Positions 53,807-64,000 of a stretch of DNA of 64,000 bases are shown here, one piece after another. The translations under genes were made by a program, and so were the position numbers. Location: the sequence record MN563784.1; one strand, 5' to 3'. Below the pieces are notes generated by a model. That model was given only the letters and a program-made list of their open reading frames with translations, ran no database searches and had not been told where the DNA came from. How positions within the stretch are numbered: position 1 is the first letter of the stretch; every line of letters starts with the position of its first letter.

Positions 53807-55180
53807 ATGAATCCATTACTTTTACCTCTTCCATTTGATGAAACTGGAGAGAGTTATAGTAACCGAACAAAGGGTGAATACCATTCACTAGCAAAACAGA
53901 AAGGATTCCCCTATCGCATCATCGTGATGGATAAGGGTTACTTTTATACTAAAGGAATGGTTATCAGAGATGGTAGGCAAAATGAGTTAAATCCAGAGAT
54001 GGATTATCAGTGCACTGGTATTAATCCGGAGGTAATCGAGAAGACTGGACTTGAAGCTTGTTCAGTAATTGTCATTACAAAACAAGATGTCCACGAGGAT
54101 ATTTACATTGATGCTCAGATGTGCGGTGGTATATACTGTAACCTTGCGCCTTCCATTTCTGAGCATGCTAATGCTCTTTTAAATAATACCCGTAAACCAC
54201 ATTGGTCTAATATCCTAGATATTCCTGACCAATTCAAACCTAATGGACACATGCATGCCTATTGGGAACTTTATGGTTTTACACCTAGAGTTGTTAAGTT
54301 AAAAGAAATAACTGACTTATTAAAGAAAAGTTCATCTGACTCATATGACTCCATTTTAGATGAGTTTAAATATCAGTTAAGTCTAATAGAAGCTGATCTG
54401 AGTACAATTGAAGCACGGCTTACTACACACATCAGTGATACCACCACTAACCCACACCAAACACGTAAAGGGCAAGTGGCATTAGGTAATGTTTATAACG
54501 CTGGTATTGCAACTGAAACACAAGCCAAACAACCAAATGGCGCTATCATGAATGTCTATGCTACGCCATGGTCAATGAAGTTATCTGTTGATACCAATTA
54601 TACAGTACAGTATTTAGCCCACGTTAACGATGTTACCACTAACCCACACAGAGTAACAGCTGAACAATTAAATACATATACTGTTACCCAAGCTAATATT
54701 TTACTAAATCAAAAATTAGATAAAGGTAAAACAGCTAATACATCTAAACTATTATTTGGTCAAGATGTTTATAGCATGGGTGAAACGGTACGTGCTAAAA
54801 TGCCTTTAAGCGTATTGACGACTGGTCGGCTAGCACCTGGTCGGATCGGTAACTCAGCGACTTGGCCAGGTCGTGATTGGACATTAATGCCTAATGGCCA
54901 ATGGACACACTTTGGATTTATATTCAATCGTTTCCAGAAAACAGGAACGATGGTTCACTGGAACAATACTAACTTCAAGTCTATCCAAGAAGCAATTGCT
55001 TTCCATAACACATACTTCTCAGATCCTGAACAATGGTGGCCTGGTTCACTAGCTATCTGCCATTACGAGCAAGAATTCGTTATTGGGCATGGTAATGGTA
55101 CAACAGCTACTTCCTATAGGAATACTTTATTCTTACGTAAAGTGGGATCAACGTGGACCAATATAGGGGAACCGGCATAA
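53807..55180 (+). CDS. gp131-family tail fibre paralog (gp134 position)
   Basis: LPFDETG start; NPH repeats. Confidence 0.75.
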   Translation: MNPLLLPLPFDETGESYSNRTKGEYHSLAKQKGFPYRIIVMDKGYFYTKGMVIRDGRQNELNPEMDYQCTGINPEVIEKTGLEACSVIVITKQDVHEDIYIDAQMCGGIYCNLAPSISEHANALLNNTRKPHWSNILDIPDQFKPNGHMHAYWELYGFTPRVVKLKEITDLLKKSSSDSYDSILDEFKYQLSLIEADLSTIEARLTTHISDTTTNPHQTRKGQVALGNVYNAGIATETQAKQPNGAIMNVYATPWSMKLSVDTNYTVQYLAHVNDVTTNPHRVTAEQLNTYTVTQANILLNQKLDKGKTANTSKLLFGQDVYSMGETVRAKMPLSVLTTGRLAPGRIGNSATWPGRDWTLMPNGQWTHFGFIFNRFQKTGTMVHWNNTNFKSIQEAIAFHNTYFSDPEQWWPGSLAICHYEQEFVIGHGNGTTATSYRNTLFLRKVGSTWTNIGEPA

Positions 55181-56571
55181 TGATTACTTTTTTACCATTA
55201 GATCTAAAAGCTAAATTAGCTTCTAATTACATTGTAGATGAGGAACACACACTCATTCAAGTCGCTAATAAAACGCACCGTGTACTGATATGTACACATG
55301 GTGGTTTCTATACAAAGGACTTTAATCTACGTGATAAGAAGACTGGTTTATCTTTAAATAAAGATCAATATAAAACAACCTACCTTTATTCACAGTTATC
55401 TGAAATGACTGGTTTAGAAGTAATGGGTATTGTTGTAGTAACTGATCCTAAAGTTAGTCCTAATGTCCAAGTTACATATAGAGCAGTTGGTGGTTTCTTT
55501 AGTATTTCAGCATTAGAACTTAAAGCTGTTTTTGATAAACTTGAATTAGATGAATTAAGTTTCACTTGGGATGATATTATTGGTAAACCCGATGCATATC
55601 CGCCTGCACCCCATGGTCATGAATATTGGCAGATTTATGGCACCGATACAATGGTAACCGAATTAAACCGAATAGCACACGCTTATCGGGTCGGTAGAAG
55701 TGCTATGGATAATGCTGCTGATGATTATTATAAAGCTTATCTCAGTGATGCAAAAACTGCTGTGGACGATTATAGAGATCGAGTTACAGCACACTTAACT
55801 GATTATAATAATCCGCATGCCGATGATCGATTCAAGTTAATTCCACCGCTTGATAAGATATCTAACTGGGGTTTTGCTACCGAAGCTGAGTCAGTTAATA
55901 GAAATGTAAATAATAAATACATGCCAATTGGTGGTATTTATCGTATTCTTAATATCGATACATTAGCTAAACTTGCAGCGCATATTAAAAACTTTAATAA
56001 CCCGCATGTTGTTACAGCTGAACAAGTTGGATCATATACCAAACCAGTAATGGATTCTAAAATAGCTCCATTGTTAGGTATCAATGAACAAGCAGCTAAC
56101 GCAACTACTATTGGTGCTACTACCAATAGTCAGGGTTATCCAGTTGCTGGAACAGGTAAGGTATATCAGAATTTCTGGAATGATGTTCGAAAAGATATTC
56201 CAGCTGAAGAAGTAACTAGCGGTGTATTTAAATGGGGTGCATTAGGTAAAGGTAATGCATCAATATTAAATGACCCTGAAAGATATTATCTAGCAAGCGA
56301 TGGTACTTGGCAAGACTGGGTTGAAGCTTTTAAAGAGTGGAACAAAGATAAGATTAAAGCCATTACCTTAGGTCAGGTAAATAGTGAAGCAGAAGCATTA
56401 AACACGTTAAATACGATGTTTACAGATAATACCAAATATCCTGAAGGCACTTACGCTGTTGTAGGTGTTAGAACTAATACCCCCTTTGAAGCCTATTATT
56501 ACCAGCAATATGTAGCAGTTAGAAATAATGGTACATGGCGTTGGATGATTCGAGCTGGAGCACTTGTATAA
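55180..56571 (+). CDS. gp131-family tail fibre paralog (gp135 position)
   Basis: Start moved to ATG 55180 (TAATG coupling); LPLDL start; NPH repeats. Confidence 0.75.
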   Translation: MITFLPLDLKAKLASNYIVDEEHTLIQVANKTHRVLICTHGGFYTKDFNLRDKKTGLSLNKDQYKTTYLYSQLSEMTGLEVMGIVVVTDPKVSPNVQVTYRAVGGFFSISALELKAVFDKLELDELSFTWDDIIGKPDAYPPAPHGHEYWQIYGTDTMVTELNRIAHAYRVGRSAMDNAADDYYKAYLSDAKTAVDDYRDRVTAHLTDYNNPHADDRFKLIPPLDKISNWGFATEAESVNRNVNNKYMPIGGIYRILNIDTLAKLAAHIKNFNNPHVVTAEQVGSYTKPVMDSKIAPLLGINEQAANATTIGATTNSQGYPVAGTGKVYQNFWNDVRKDIPAEEVTSGVFKWGALGKGNASILNDPERYYLASDGTWQDWVEAFKEWNKDKIKAITLGQVNSEAEALNTLNTMFTDNTKYPEGTYAVVGVRTNTPFEAYYYQQYVAVRNNGTWRWMIRAGALV

Positions 56572-57173
56572 TGAATAATCCGTTATCACTCCAAGAACTA
56601 TCTTTAGCTACTGCGCCTACTGAAGATAAAGTAAAAGTACTATTAATGTTTAACCGTACTTCTGAGGTATTCCTACAAAGCGTAGGCTATCTACCTTTAG
56701 ATGCATTCGATGCTAAGTCACGTGAGCACACCATTTTTGTTGAAGCCGAAATGGGTACTTATGATGTAGTCGTAAGTAATACACCTGGTAAACAACCTAC
56801 ACTTTCCGATTGGAAGATTGTTCCTAAAGAAGAAGCGCCACAAGTGATTACTGAAGATCACTTAAATAGTAAAGTGGCCTACAAAATTACTGAACGCTAT
56901 CCAGTGACTGAGCAAATTAATATCCTTGCACGTGCAATTAAACAGCTAGCTGAAAAATATGGTCAAGAGTTAGATGAACTAGAAGAAATGCTTGATTATA
57001 TTGATCTTGTTAAACGAACTAATCGCGCGCATAAGGAGGCCCTAATTGAGAGCCCAGACGTTATCTATAAATCCAGGGAAGATCTCGACGCTGAGAAAGC
57101 ACATCGATATGCAGGTGGCCTGCATGAGCTTATCGGCCCACGAAAGATCGACCAAGGACGTGTTTTCAGCTGA
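56571..57173 (+). CDS. Possible tail fibre assembly chaperone (gp136 position)
   Basis: Start moved to ATG 56571 (TAATG coupling); KITERYPVTEQINIL resembles fibre-assembly proteins (inference). Confidence 0.55.
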   Translation: MNNPLSLQELSLATAPTEDKVKVLLMFNRTSEVFLQSVGYLPLDAFDAKSREHTIFVEAEMGTYDVVVSNTPGKQPTLSDWKIVPKEEAPQVITEDHLNSKVAYKITERYPVTEQINILARAIKQLAEKYGQELDELEEMLDYIDLVKRTNRAHKEALIESPDVIYKSREDLDAEKAHRYAGGLHELIGPRKIDQGRVFS

Positions 57174-57606
57174 ATTTGCAGCTGACCTTGTATCTTATCT
57201 GGATACACTGGGAGATTCCTGGTGGTTTAATCGGAAAAAAATTAATAGTATCCCAACCAAAGGTATCACTGAATGTGATTATTGGTTTTTAGGTCATAAC
57301 CAAATGCCAGTGGAATTACGGGAATTACTATTTCATATTGCACCTAAGGTAGAAGGTGCTTGGTTAGGCGAAGTTCTAATCAACCGATATGAAATTGGTA
57401 CAGGTATGCCTGAACACATCGACCAAGCTGTTTATCGTTACAACATGGTTATTGCATTAAATGACAATGGCGATGGTATAACGATCAATGGTGAGTTTTA
57501 TCAGGATGTACCAGGTAGGGCTACTATTTTTCCAATCCGTTCAGAGCCACATGAAGTCCCTCCAGTTAAAAATAAAAGATACGTCCTTATATATCTCTAC
57601 GAGTAG
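57124..57606 (+). CDS. 2OG-Fe(II) oxygenase superfamily protein (gp137 position)
   Basis: INRYEIGTGMPEHID...HEVPPVKNKRY gives HxD...H...R; start at 57109 or 57124. Confidence 0.75.
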   Translation: MSLSAHERSTKDVFSAEFAADLVSYLDTLGDSWWFNRKKINSIPTKGITECDYWFLGHNQMPVELRELLFHIAPKVEGAWLGEVLINRYEIGTGMPEHIDQAVYRYNMVIALNDNGDGITINGEFYQDVPGRATIFPIRSEPHEVPPVKNKRYVLIYLYE

Positions 57607-57614
57607 GGTACAAC

Positions 57615-58103
57615 ATGGCAATTAAACTTAAGACTCTATCTAAGGCAGAACTAAAAACATTAACAAAGCTTAAAGGCGAAGTTTCATTTAGAGACTCATA
57701 TGGCCACCGTATGCGAGTTGGCACTAATGGCCTTAAAGCATGTAGTGTTTATAATACTTCAAAATGGTTTAATTGGACTGCTAAACAGCGTAAAGAAATT
57801 AAACCAATTTTAGGCGAAGAACTATTTAACAAAGCACTACAAGTATGGTTTTTAGATTTCCCCAAAATAGATGGATTTCTAGATGAGATGAATTATTGGG
57901 TAGATAAACCCGAGTCCGGTACTATTCTTGCTTGGAATATTGGACCTGATGCTAAGTTCATTTTAGATGGTGAGGAACTATTAATTGGAAAAGGTGAAGG
58001 ATTAGTATTCCATCTATCCCAATTACATGAAGTAAAACGTTCCCATAATGGACAATCATGGATCTGTGTAATGGTACGTGGTGCTCCTGAAAAATTTGCT
58101 TAA
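57615..58103 (+). CDS. Cupin/2OG-Fe(II)-like protein with degenerate metal motif (gp138 position)
   Basis: QVWFLDFP..GFLDEM...GLVFHLSQLHEVK; distal His kept, HxD lost. Confidence 0.55.
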   Translation: MAIKLKTLSKAELKTLTKLKGEVSFRDSYGHRMRVGTNGLKACSVYNTSKWFNWTAKQRKEIKPILGEELFNKALQVWFLDFPKIDGFLDEMNYWVDKPESGTILAWNIGPDAKFILDGEELLIGKGEGLVFHLSQLHEVKRSHNGQSWICVMVRGAPEKFA

Positions 58104-58112
58104 CAGCATAAA

Positions 58113-58132
58113 TCCCCTCCACATGGAGGGGA
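58113..58132 (+). terminator. Terminator-like hairpin
   Basis: TCCCCTCC-ACAT-GGAGGGGA, weak U-tract. Confidence 0.55.
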
Positions 58133-58168
58133 ACTCTTACAAATTTACTCAATAGTACAGTGTACTAA

Positions 58169-59095
<927 letters not shown>

Positions 59096-59097
59096 AT

Positions 59098-59661
59098 ATG
59101 CTTAAGCTTCCAGCGAGTGATGAGCCATTTCGGGTACTAGCATTAGACCCTGGTTCACAAAACCTCGGCATAGCTATTCTGGAAGATAAGTTGGATGGAA
59201 GTAATAAGGTGGTACGTAATGCATTTACCTGCCACCTTAAAGATACAAATCCGGCATATGCTGCCATCTCCGAGGTTCATGGTAGTAGATTTACTAGAAT
59301 GCAGCAAATGAGTGATGTGGTACTAAATATACTACATACTGAAAAACCACATGCAGTTATTGTAGAGTCTAACTATCTTGGTAAGTTTGCCCAAAGCTTC
59401 GCTGTACTTGTAGAATGTGTGACCTATGTACATAGAGCATTATACGAGTATGATAGATTTATACCTTTATACATGATTGATCCTACTACAGTTAAAATCA
59501 ATGCGGGTATGAAAAAAGTAAAGGGTACTACTAAAGATGATGTTAAAGAAGCAATGCGTTCTCGTACTGACATCACATGGAACATCGATATAGATAGTCT
59601 AGATGACCACTCTATGGATGCTTGTGCGATAGCTTACTACTACCTTACTAGGATTGTTTAA
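59098..59661 (+). CDS. ruvC: RuvC-like Holliday junction resolvase
   Basis: VLALDPGSQNLGIAIL, AVIVES and DDHSMDACAIA catalytic acidic motifs. Confidence 0.85.
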   Translation: MLKLPASDEPFRVLALDPGSQNLGIAILEDKLDGSNKVVRNAFTCHLKDTNPAYAAISEVHGSRFTRMQQMSDVVLNILHTEKPHAVIVESNYLGKFAQSFAVLVECVTYVHRALYEYDRFIPLYMIDPTTVKINAGMKKVKGTTKDDVKEAMRSRTDITWNIDIDSLDDHSMDACAIAYYYLTRIV

Positions 59662-59676
59662 CAATTCGAGGTAACA

Positions 59677-60183
59677 ATGTTCCTATTAGCAGGTATACGA
59701 AAAATAATTGGTAGCGTGCCATTGCATATATGGTTACTATTAGTTATTCTGATAGGTGCCTTAATTGGTATCATATATTACAAAAATAGTTATGAGACGG
59801 AACTTGTTCGCTCTACAGATTTAATTGGAAAAATTAAATCTTATGAAGCGGCAGAAAAGGTTAGGATTGAATCAGATCGTATCTCCGATAAAATTCAAGC
59901 TGAACTAATTACTAAAAAGAAAGAGATACAAAAAGAGCAGGCGCAATCACGCACTGAGGTGATTGATGAGTACATTAGTTTATCAGGTCGTGGATATACT
60001 CCACCTGTATGGCCTGAGGTTAAAGCTAAAACAACTAATGGGGAAAGCACCACTACTGAGATTAAACATGAAACTGACACAAAAAAAGATAACATTAATA
60101 AGTCTATTAATGCTATTGCTAAACGGATGTACGAGCACTACTGTGCCGCCTCCCGTGAAAATACCAGTTGCAATCCCAAGTAG
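59677..60183 (+). CDS. Inner-membrane spanin (Rz-like)
   Basis: N-terminal TM WLLLVILIGALIGIIYY, coiled coil, C-terminal Cys; overlapped by a lipoprotein gene. Confidence 0.75.
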   Translation: MFLLAGIRKIIGSVPLHIWLLLVILIGALIGIIYYKNSYETELVRSTDLIGKIKSYEAAEKVRIESDRISDKIQAELITKKKEIQKEQAQSRTEVIDEYISLSGRGYTPPVWPEVKAKTTNGESTTTEIKHETDTKKDNINKSINAIAKRMYEHYCAASRENTSCNPK

Positions 60184-60430
60184 TTTACTTCTCCCTTGCG
60201 ATGTGGAAGCCCCACCTACAGCTAATGAGATCATCAATGCATTAGATAGATATAAAGCTGTTGGGGTTACTGATGAGAATGAAGCACGTTTCTTACTTAT
60301 GACCGAACATTGGCTTTTACAAACTGATGCACTTGGACTATGTAATATCCAAGTAGACAAATTGCGTGAATGGAACGAACGTCAACGTAATTTGGAGAAT
60401 AGTCATGACCCTAGAGGACGTTCTGATTGA
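60068..60430 (+). CDS. Outer-membrane lipoprotein spanin (Rz1-like)
   Basis: Start moved to ATG 60068: MKLTQKKITLISLLMLLLNG-C lipobox, Pro-rich linker, overlaps the i-spanin 3' end in another frame. Confidence 0.8.
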   Translation: MKLTQKKITLISLLMLLLNGCTSTTVPPPVKIPVAIPSSLLLPCDVEAPPTANEIINALDRYKAVGVTDENEARFLLMTEHWLLQTDALGLCNIQVDKLREWNERQRNLENSHDPRGRSD

Positions 60431-60800
60431 GATCGATGGTAATCCTTTATCTTCTTCTAAAGACTATGGAAAGAAGATACGTACCTATTTGAATAGTGTA
60501 TTGGAAAAGGAACAACGTATAAATCTAAGTATAACTGGTGAGGAAGTACTTAGTCTAATTTATGCTATTACCGATTCAGATCTTCAATATAAAATTCTCA
60601 GCCGGGAAATTGCTGAAGTGAAGGCTAAAGATTCTTACCGTAATGCGGTATTGGTATTAGCTGGTGGCGTTACTCTTATTGGGGCATCAGTATCTACTAT
60701 GGTAGTTTTATCTGGTGCACCTATGTCAGAAGAAAGTGCCAATGTGTTAAAGACTATTGTGCAAGGTACCTTTGAATTAATAAAGATGCTTATGCAATAA
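60405..60800 (+). CDS. Membrane protein, holin candidate (gp142 position)
   Basis: Start moved to ATG 60405; TM AVLVLAGGVTLIGASVSTMVVL; lies between spanins and endolysin. Confidence 0.45.
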   Translation: MTLEDVLIEIDGNPLSSSKDYGKKIRTYLNSVLEKEQRINLSITGEEVLSLIYAITDSDLQYKILSREIAEVKAKDSYRNAVLVLAGGVTLIGASVSTMVVLSGAPMSEESANVLKTIVQGTFELIKMLMQ

Positions 60801-60811
60801 AAACTATAATA

Positions 60812-60838
60812 GCCTTCCTCTTCAAGAGGAAGGCTTTA
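60812..60838 (+). terminator. Intrinsic terminator
   Basis: GCCTTCCTCT-TCA-AGAGGAAGGC then TTTAT. Confidence 0.78.
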
Positions 60839-60882
60839 TAATGCTATGTGGATTAAACATTTTACCACTATAGAGGTTTGAC

Positions 60883-61416
60883 ATGCAGGATATCTTTCCG
60901 TATGACATGGCATCGAGGAATGCGCTAGTAAAACTTGCGCGGGATGATTTAAAAATAAACTTCAAACCAGAAACAGTTACATTTGAAGATATGTTTTTTA
61001 GTCCAACCACGATTGAGCCTGGACGTACATTTATTGAAATGATCGACATTACTACTGACATTAAGTACATGTTAACTTACCGTCGGTTAGATTTTGCTGA
61101 TCCACGAGCTATTGGTGAAGGATCTATCCTTAAGATAGTTGGTACTTTAACACCTAAAGCGATTGCTGAAGAAATTAACCGTTCACGAGGTTGGAAGCTT
61201 GGACCAGATGATATTTCATTCGATACAACACCAATCAATGCAACTACGGATATTGTTCCATACACGATAGTAGCTATGTCGAGTAGTTATGCTTACTATG
61301 GTGAATGTAATATACTAATTCAACGTATTGATGATACGTCAGATACTATCCGACTATTAGAGAATGGTGCAGCACGTTATCTAGAAAATGGTCAAATCCG
61401 TTATCTAGAAAGTTAA
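60883..61416 (+). CDS. Virion protein with YRRLDF module and C-terminal triple R(L/Y)LE(NG) repeat (gp143 position)
   Basis: Ends TIRLLENGAARYLENGQIRYLES. Confidence 0.7.
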   Translation: MQDIFPYDMASRNALVKLARDDLKINFKPETVTFEDMFFSPTTIEPGRTFIEMIDITTDIKYMLTYRRLDFADPRAIGEGSILKIVGTLTPKAIAEEINRSRGWKLGPDDISFDTTPINATTDIVPYTIVAMSSSYAYYGECNILIQRIDDTSDTIRLLENGAARYLENGQIRYLES

Positions 61417-61438
61417 GTAATACCCTCAATGAACCTAA

Positions 61439-62260
<822 letters not shown>

Positions 62261-62343
62261 GATGTAGCAATAGAATGGAGTCTATGGTATCATGTGAAAC
62301 TTCCCCTCATGATAAACCACATCTTGTGTCAATGTAACTTTTT

Positions 62344-62371
62344 GAGAGTCCTTCGGGACTCTCTTATGTTG
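62344..62371 (+). terminator. Intrinsic terminator
   Basis: GAGAGTCC-TTCG-GGACTCTC then TTATGTTG. Confidence 0.82.
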
Positions 62372-62465
62372 TTAAAATATTACTCATTAGCAATAGTACA
62401 TTACTGTATGAGTCTTCTTCGAAAGACTAACATGTTAGTGTTTCTTATACAGCAAGGAAATAAAA

Positions 62466-63740
62466 ATGGCAAATGCTACAGACAAAGGCAAGATCAGTCA
62501 ACTGCCGGATCTAGCTACTCTTAACGATAGCGAGTATATTGAATTAATTCATACCGATGCAGCTGGTCAAGTCGATAACTATAAGTTTCTGCTGTCAAAA
62601 CTACAGACTGGGGCACCCGGTCTTAGTGCGTACGAGATTGCCGTTAAAAATGGTTTCCAGGGAACTGAAACCGAATGGCTTGATTCGCTTAAAGGTAAAT
62701 CTTCTTATCAAATCGCAGTCGATCTAGGCTTCGTTGGTACTGAAGAAGAGTTTATAGCATCCCTTAAAGGTGATGCTGGTAAGAGTGCATATGAAGTAGC
62801 TGTGGAAAATGGTTTCCAAGGTACTGAACAGGAATGGTTAACATCACTGCATGCAACCATGACTGCTGAACTACTCCAGACACTCTTAAATCAACAAGGC
62901 TATACAGTTAAAGATGTACTGCGTGTAACTGGTAAGAATGGTGGATTATCATCCAACGCTGCTTTCCATAACTTTGCTTTCCTGTTTGATAAGCGCCTAA
63001 ATCAAGATGACTTAACCGCTGGTGATAAAGTACCACAGCGTATGATGGAACAAGGCCGTATGGAAGCAGAAGGTTATTCTTATCTAAAGAACGCCTCTGC
63101 ACCCACTACGCAAGGTGCATTACCCGAATTACCTGAGTCTGAAATTCGTATTTACGACAATGGTGAATTCCAGATTGGTAGTTTAACTGATTACATTGCA
63201 TTCAAGAATGACGGCAATATCCGTATTGTTGAAGGCGCTGATGAATCAACTGTTGATCTTAAGAACCTTCCTAAAAATGAAGGTATTAGTGGCGGTGTAT
63301 TCGTCAAAGATGTACAAGCAACTGACCCCAGTCAGAACGTAGGTAGTATTGTGCGTACCCCCGATGGGCACAGCGTACAGTCATGCCTATCAACTACTAG
63401 TAATGTTCGAGTTATCGTTGATGCAATAACTGGACATTCTAGTTATGTACCTAGTGTTAAAATCAATAACATAGATGCAGTTGTAACTCCTGGCGTTAAT
63501 CCACCTATGTGGATTGCTACTGCCGATATTGATCTTGGTGCACCCACTACTGAAGGTTATGCTGATATTGTTGTAGAACACGCCGATGGGGCTAAATTCA
63601 CTACTAAGGTATTAGCCGATACTCCCGCTAATATTACTAGTGCTGTATTTACTGGCGGGTATTCGGTTGGGCGAACCAAAAATAAAAAAAAAGAGCATGT
63701 TTGGAATAAAATAATTAATGTGGAAAAAAAAAAAATATAA
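62466..63740 (+). CDS. Fibre-like virion protein (gp145 position); C-terminus beyond about 63660 unreliable
   Basis: KISQLPDLATL N-terminal module; three SAYEIAVKNGFQGTETEWLDSLKG-type repeats; ends in homopolymer-rich degraded sequence. Confidence 0.7.
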   Translation: MANATDKGKISQLPDLATLNDSEYIELIHTDAAGQVDNYKFLLSKLQTGAPGLSAYEIAVKNGFQGTETEWLDSLKGKSSYQIAVDLGFVGTEEEFIASLKGDAGKSAYEVAVENGFQGTEQEWLTSLHATMTAELLQTLLNQQGYTVKDVLRVTGKNGGLSSNAAFHNFAFLFDKRLNQDDLTAGDKVPQRMMEQGRMEAEGYSYLKNASAPTTQGALPELPESEIRIYDNGEFQIGSLTDYIAFKNDGNIRIVEGADESTVDLKNLPKNEGISGGVFVKDVQATDPSQNVGSIVRTPDGHSVQSCLSTTSNVRVIVDAITGHSSYVPSVKINNIDAVVTPGVNPPMWIATADIDLGAPTTEGYADIVVEHADGAKFTTKVLADTPANITSAVFTGGYSVGRTKNKKKEHVWNKIINVEKKKI

Positions 63741-63754
63741 AAAAACCATCACAC

Positions 63755-63816
63755 TTACACTTCACGACGCTCTTCCCATCATCATTTACACTTCACGACG
63801 CTCTTCCCATCATCAT
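63755..63816 (+). repeat. Perfect 2 x 31-bp tandem repeat resembling Illumina adapter; probable junction artefact
   Basis: TTACACTTCACGACGCTCTTCCCATCATCAT twice; CACGACGCTCTTCC is an exact 14-mer of the TruSeq adapter. Confidence 0.8.
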
Positions 63817-64000
63817 AACCCACCTTTAGTTTACTGCAATATAGTCTAAACTTAAGAATATCCTCTACTAAGTTAGACCATAGAGTATACCTATTTCGTG
63901 ATGCATTTACTTCTTCAATCTTAGCATTTATATTTTGGCGAAGAACTTTGTAATGCTGATACGCATTAGTCGCATGTTTAGAGAATAAGATAATAATATC
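63782..64000 (-). CDS. 3' fragment of an unrelated ORF entering from the right edge
   Basis: Open frame DIIILFSKHATNAYQHYKVLRQNINAKIEEVNASRNRYTLWSNLVEDILKFRLYCSKLKVGY...; the end may be artefactual. Confidence 0.45.
   Translation of the reverse strand, partial: DIIILFSKHATNAYQHYKVLRQNINAKIEEVNASRNRYTLWSNLVEDILKFRLYCSKLKVGYDDGKSVVKCK

Noticed and set aside
62294-62524. 76-aa ORF between endolysin and fibre gene
   Set aside because: Runs through a terminator hairpin and has no RBS.

Overview
64 kb segment of an AT-rich phiKZ-like (Phikzvirus, nucleus-forming) Pseudomonas jumbo phage, collinear with roughly phiKZ gp87-gp145. The anchors recognised from sequence are the 747-aa major capsid protein, the 260-aa KZ144-type endolysin, the nvRNAP subunit gp123 and a DnaB helicase; other gp numbers are assigned by counting genes between these anchors, not by database search. 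Gene order: baseplate/tail genes, inner-head protein paralogs, an early accessory region (about 22-31 kb) of small ORFs including a macrodomain and an orphan HigA-like HTH gene, a hairpin-packed non-coding block, helicase, capsid, nvRNAP subunit, portal, gp131-135 tail-fibre paralogs, two double-stranded beta-helix (oxygenase-like) genes, RuvC, a lysis cassette and a fibre protein. Best find: the capsid UGA stop is followed by 26 more in-frame codons encoding RYLE(N/D)G repeats that match the C-terminus of the gp143-like protein. This RNA folds into a ~23-bp hairpin starting 8 nt after the UGA, and the terminator comes only after the second stop. I read this as candidate programmed stop-codon readthrough making a tagged minor capsid isoform (untested). 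Two places (about 3.97-4.31 kb and beyond about 63.66 kb) look like assembly artefacts. No tRNA, rRNA, CRISPR array or IS element was seen.
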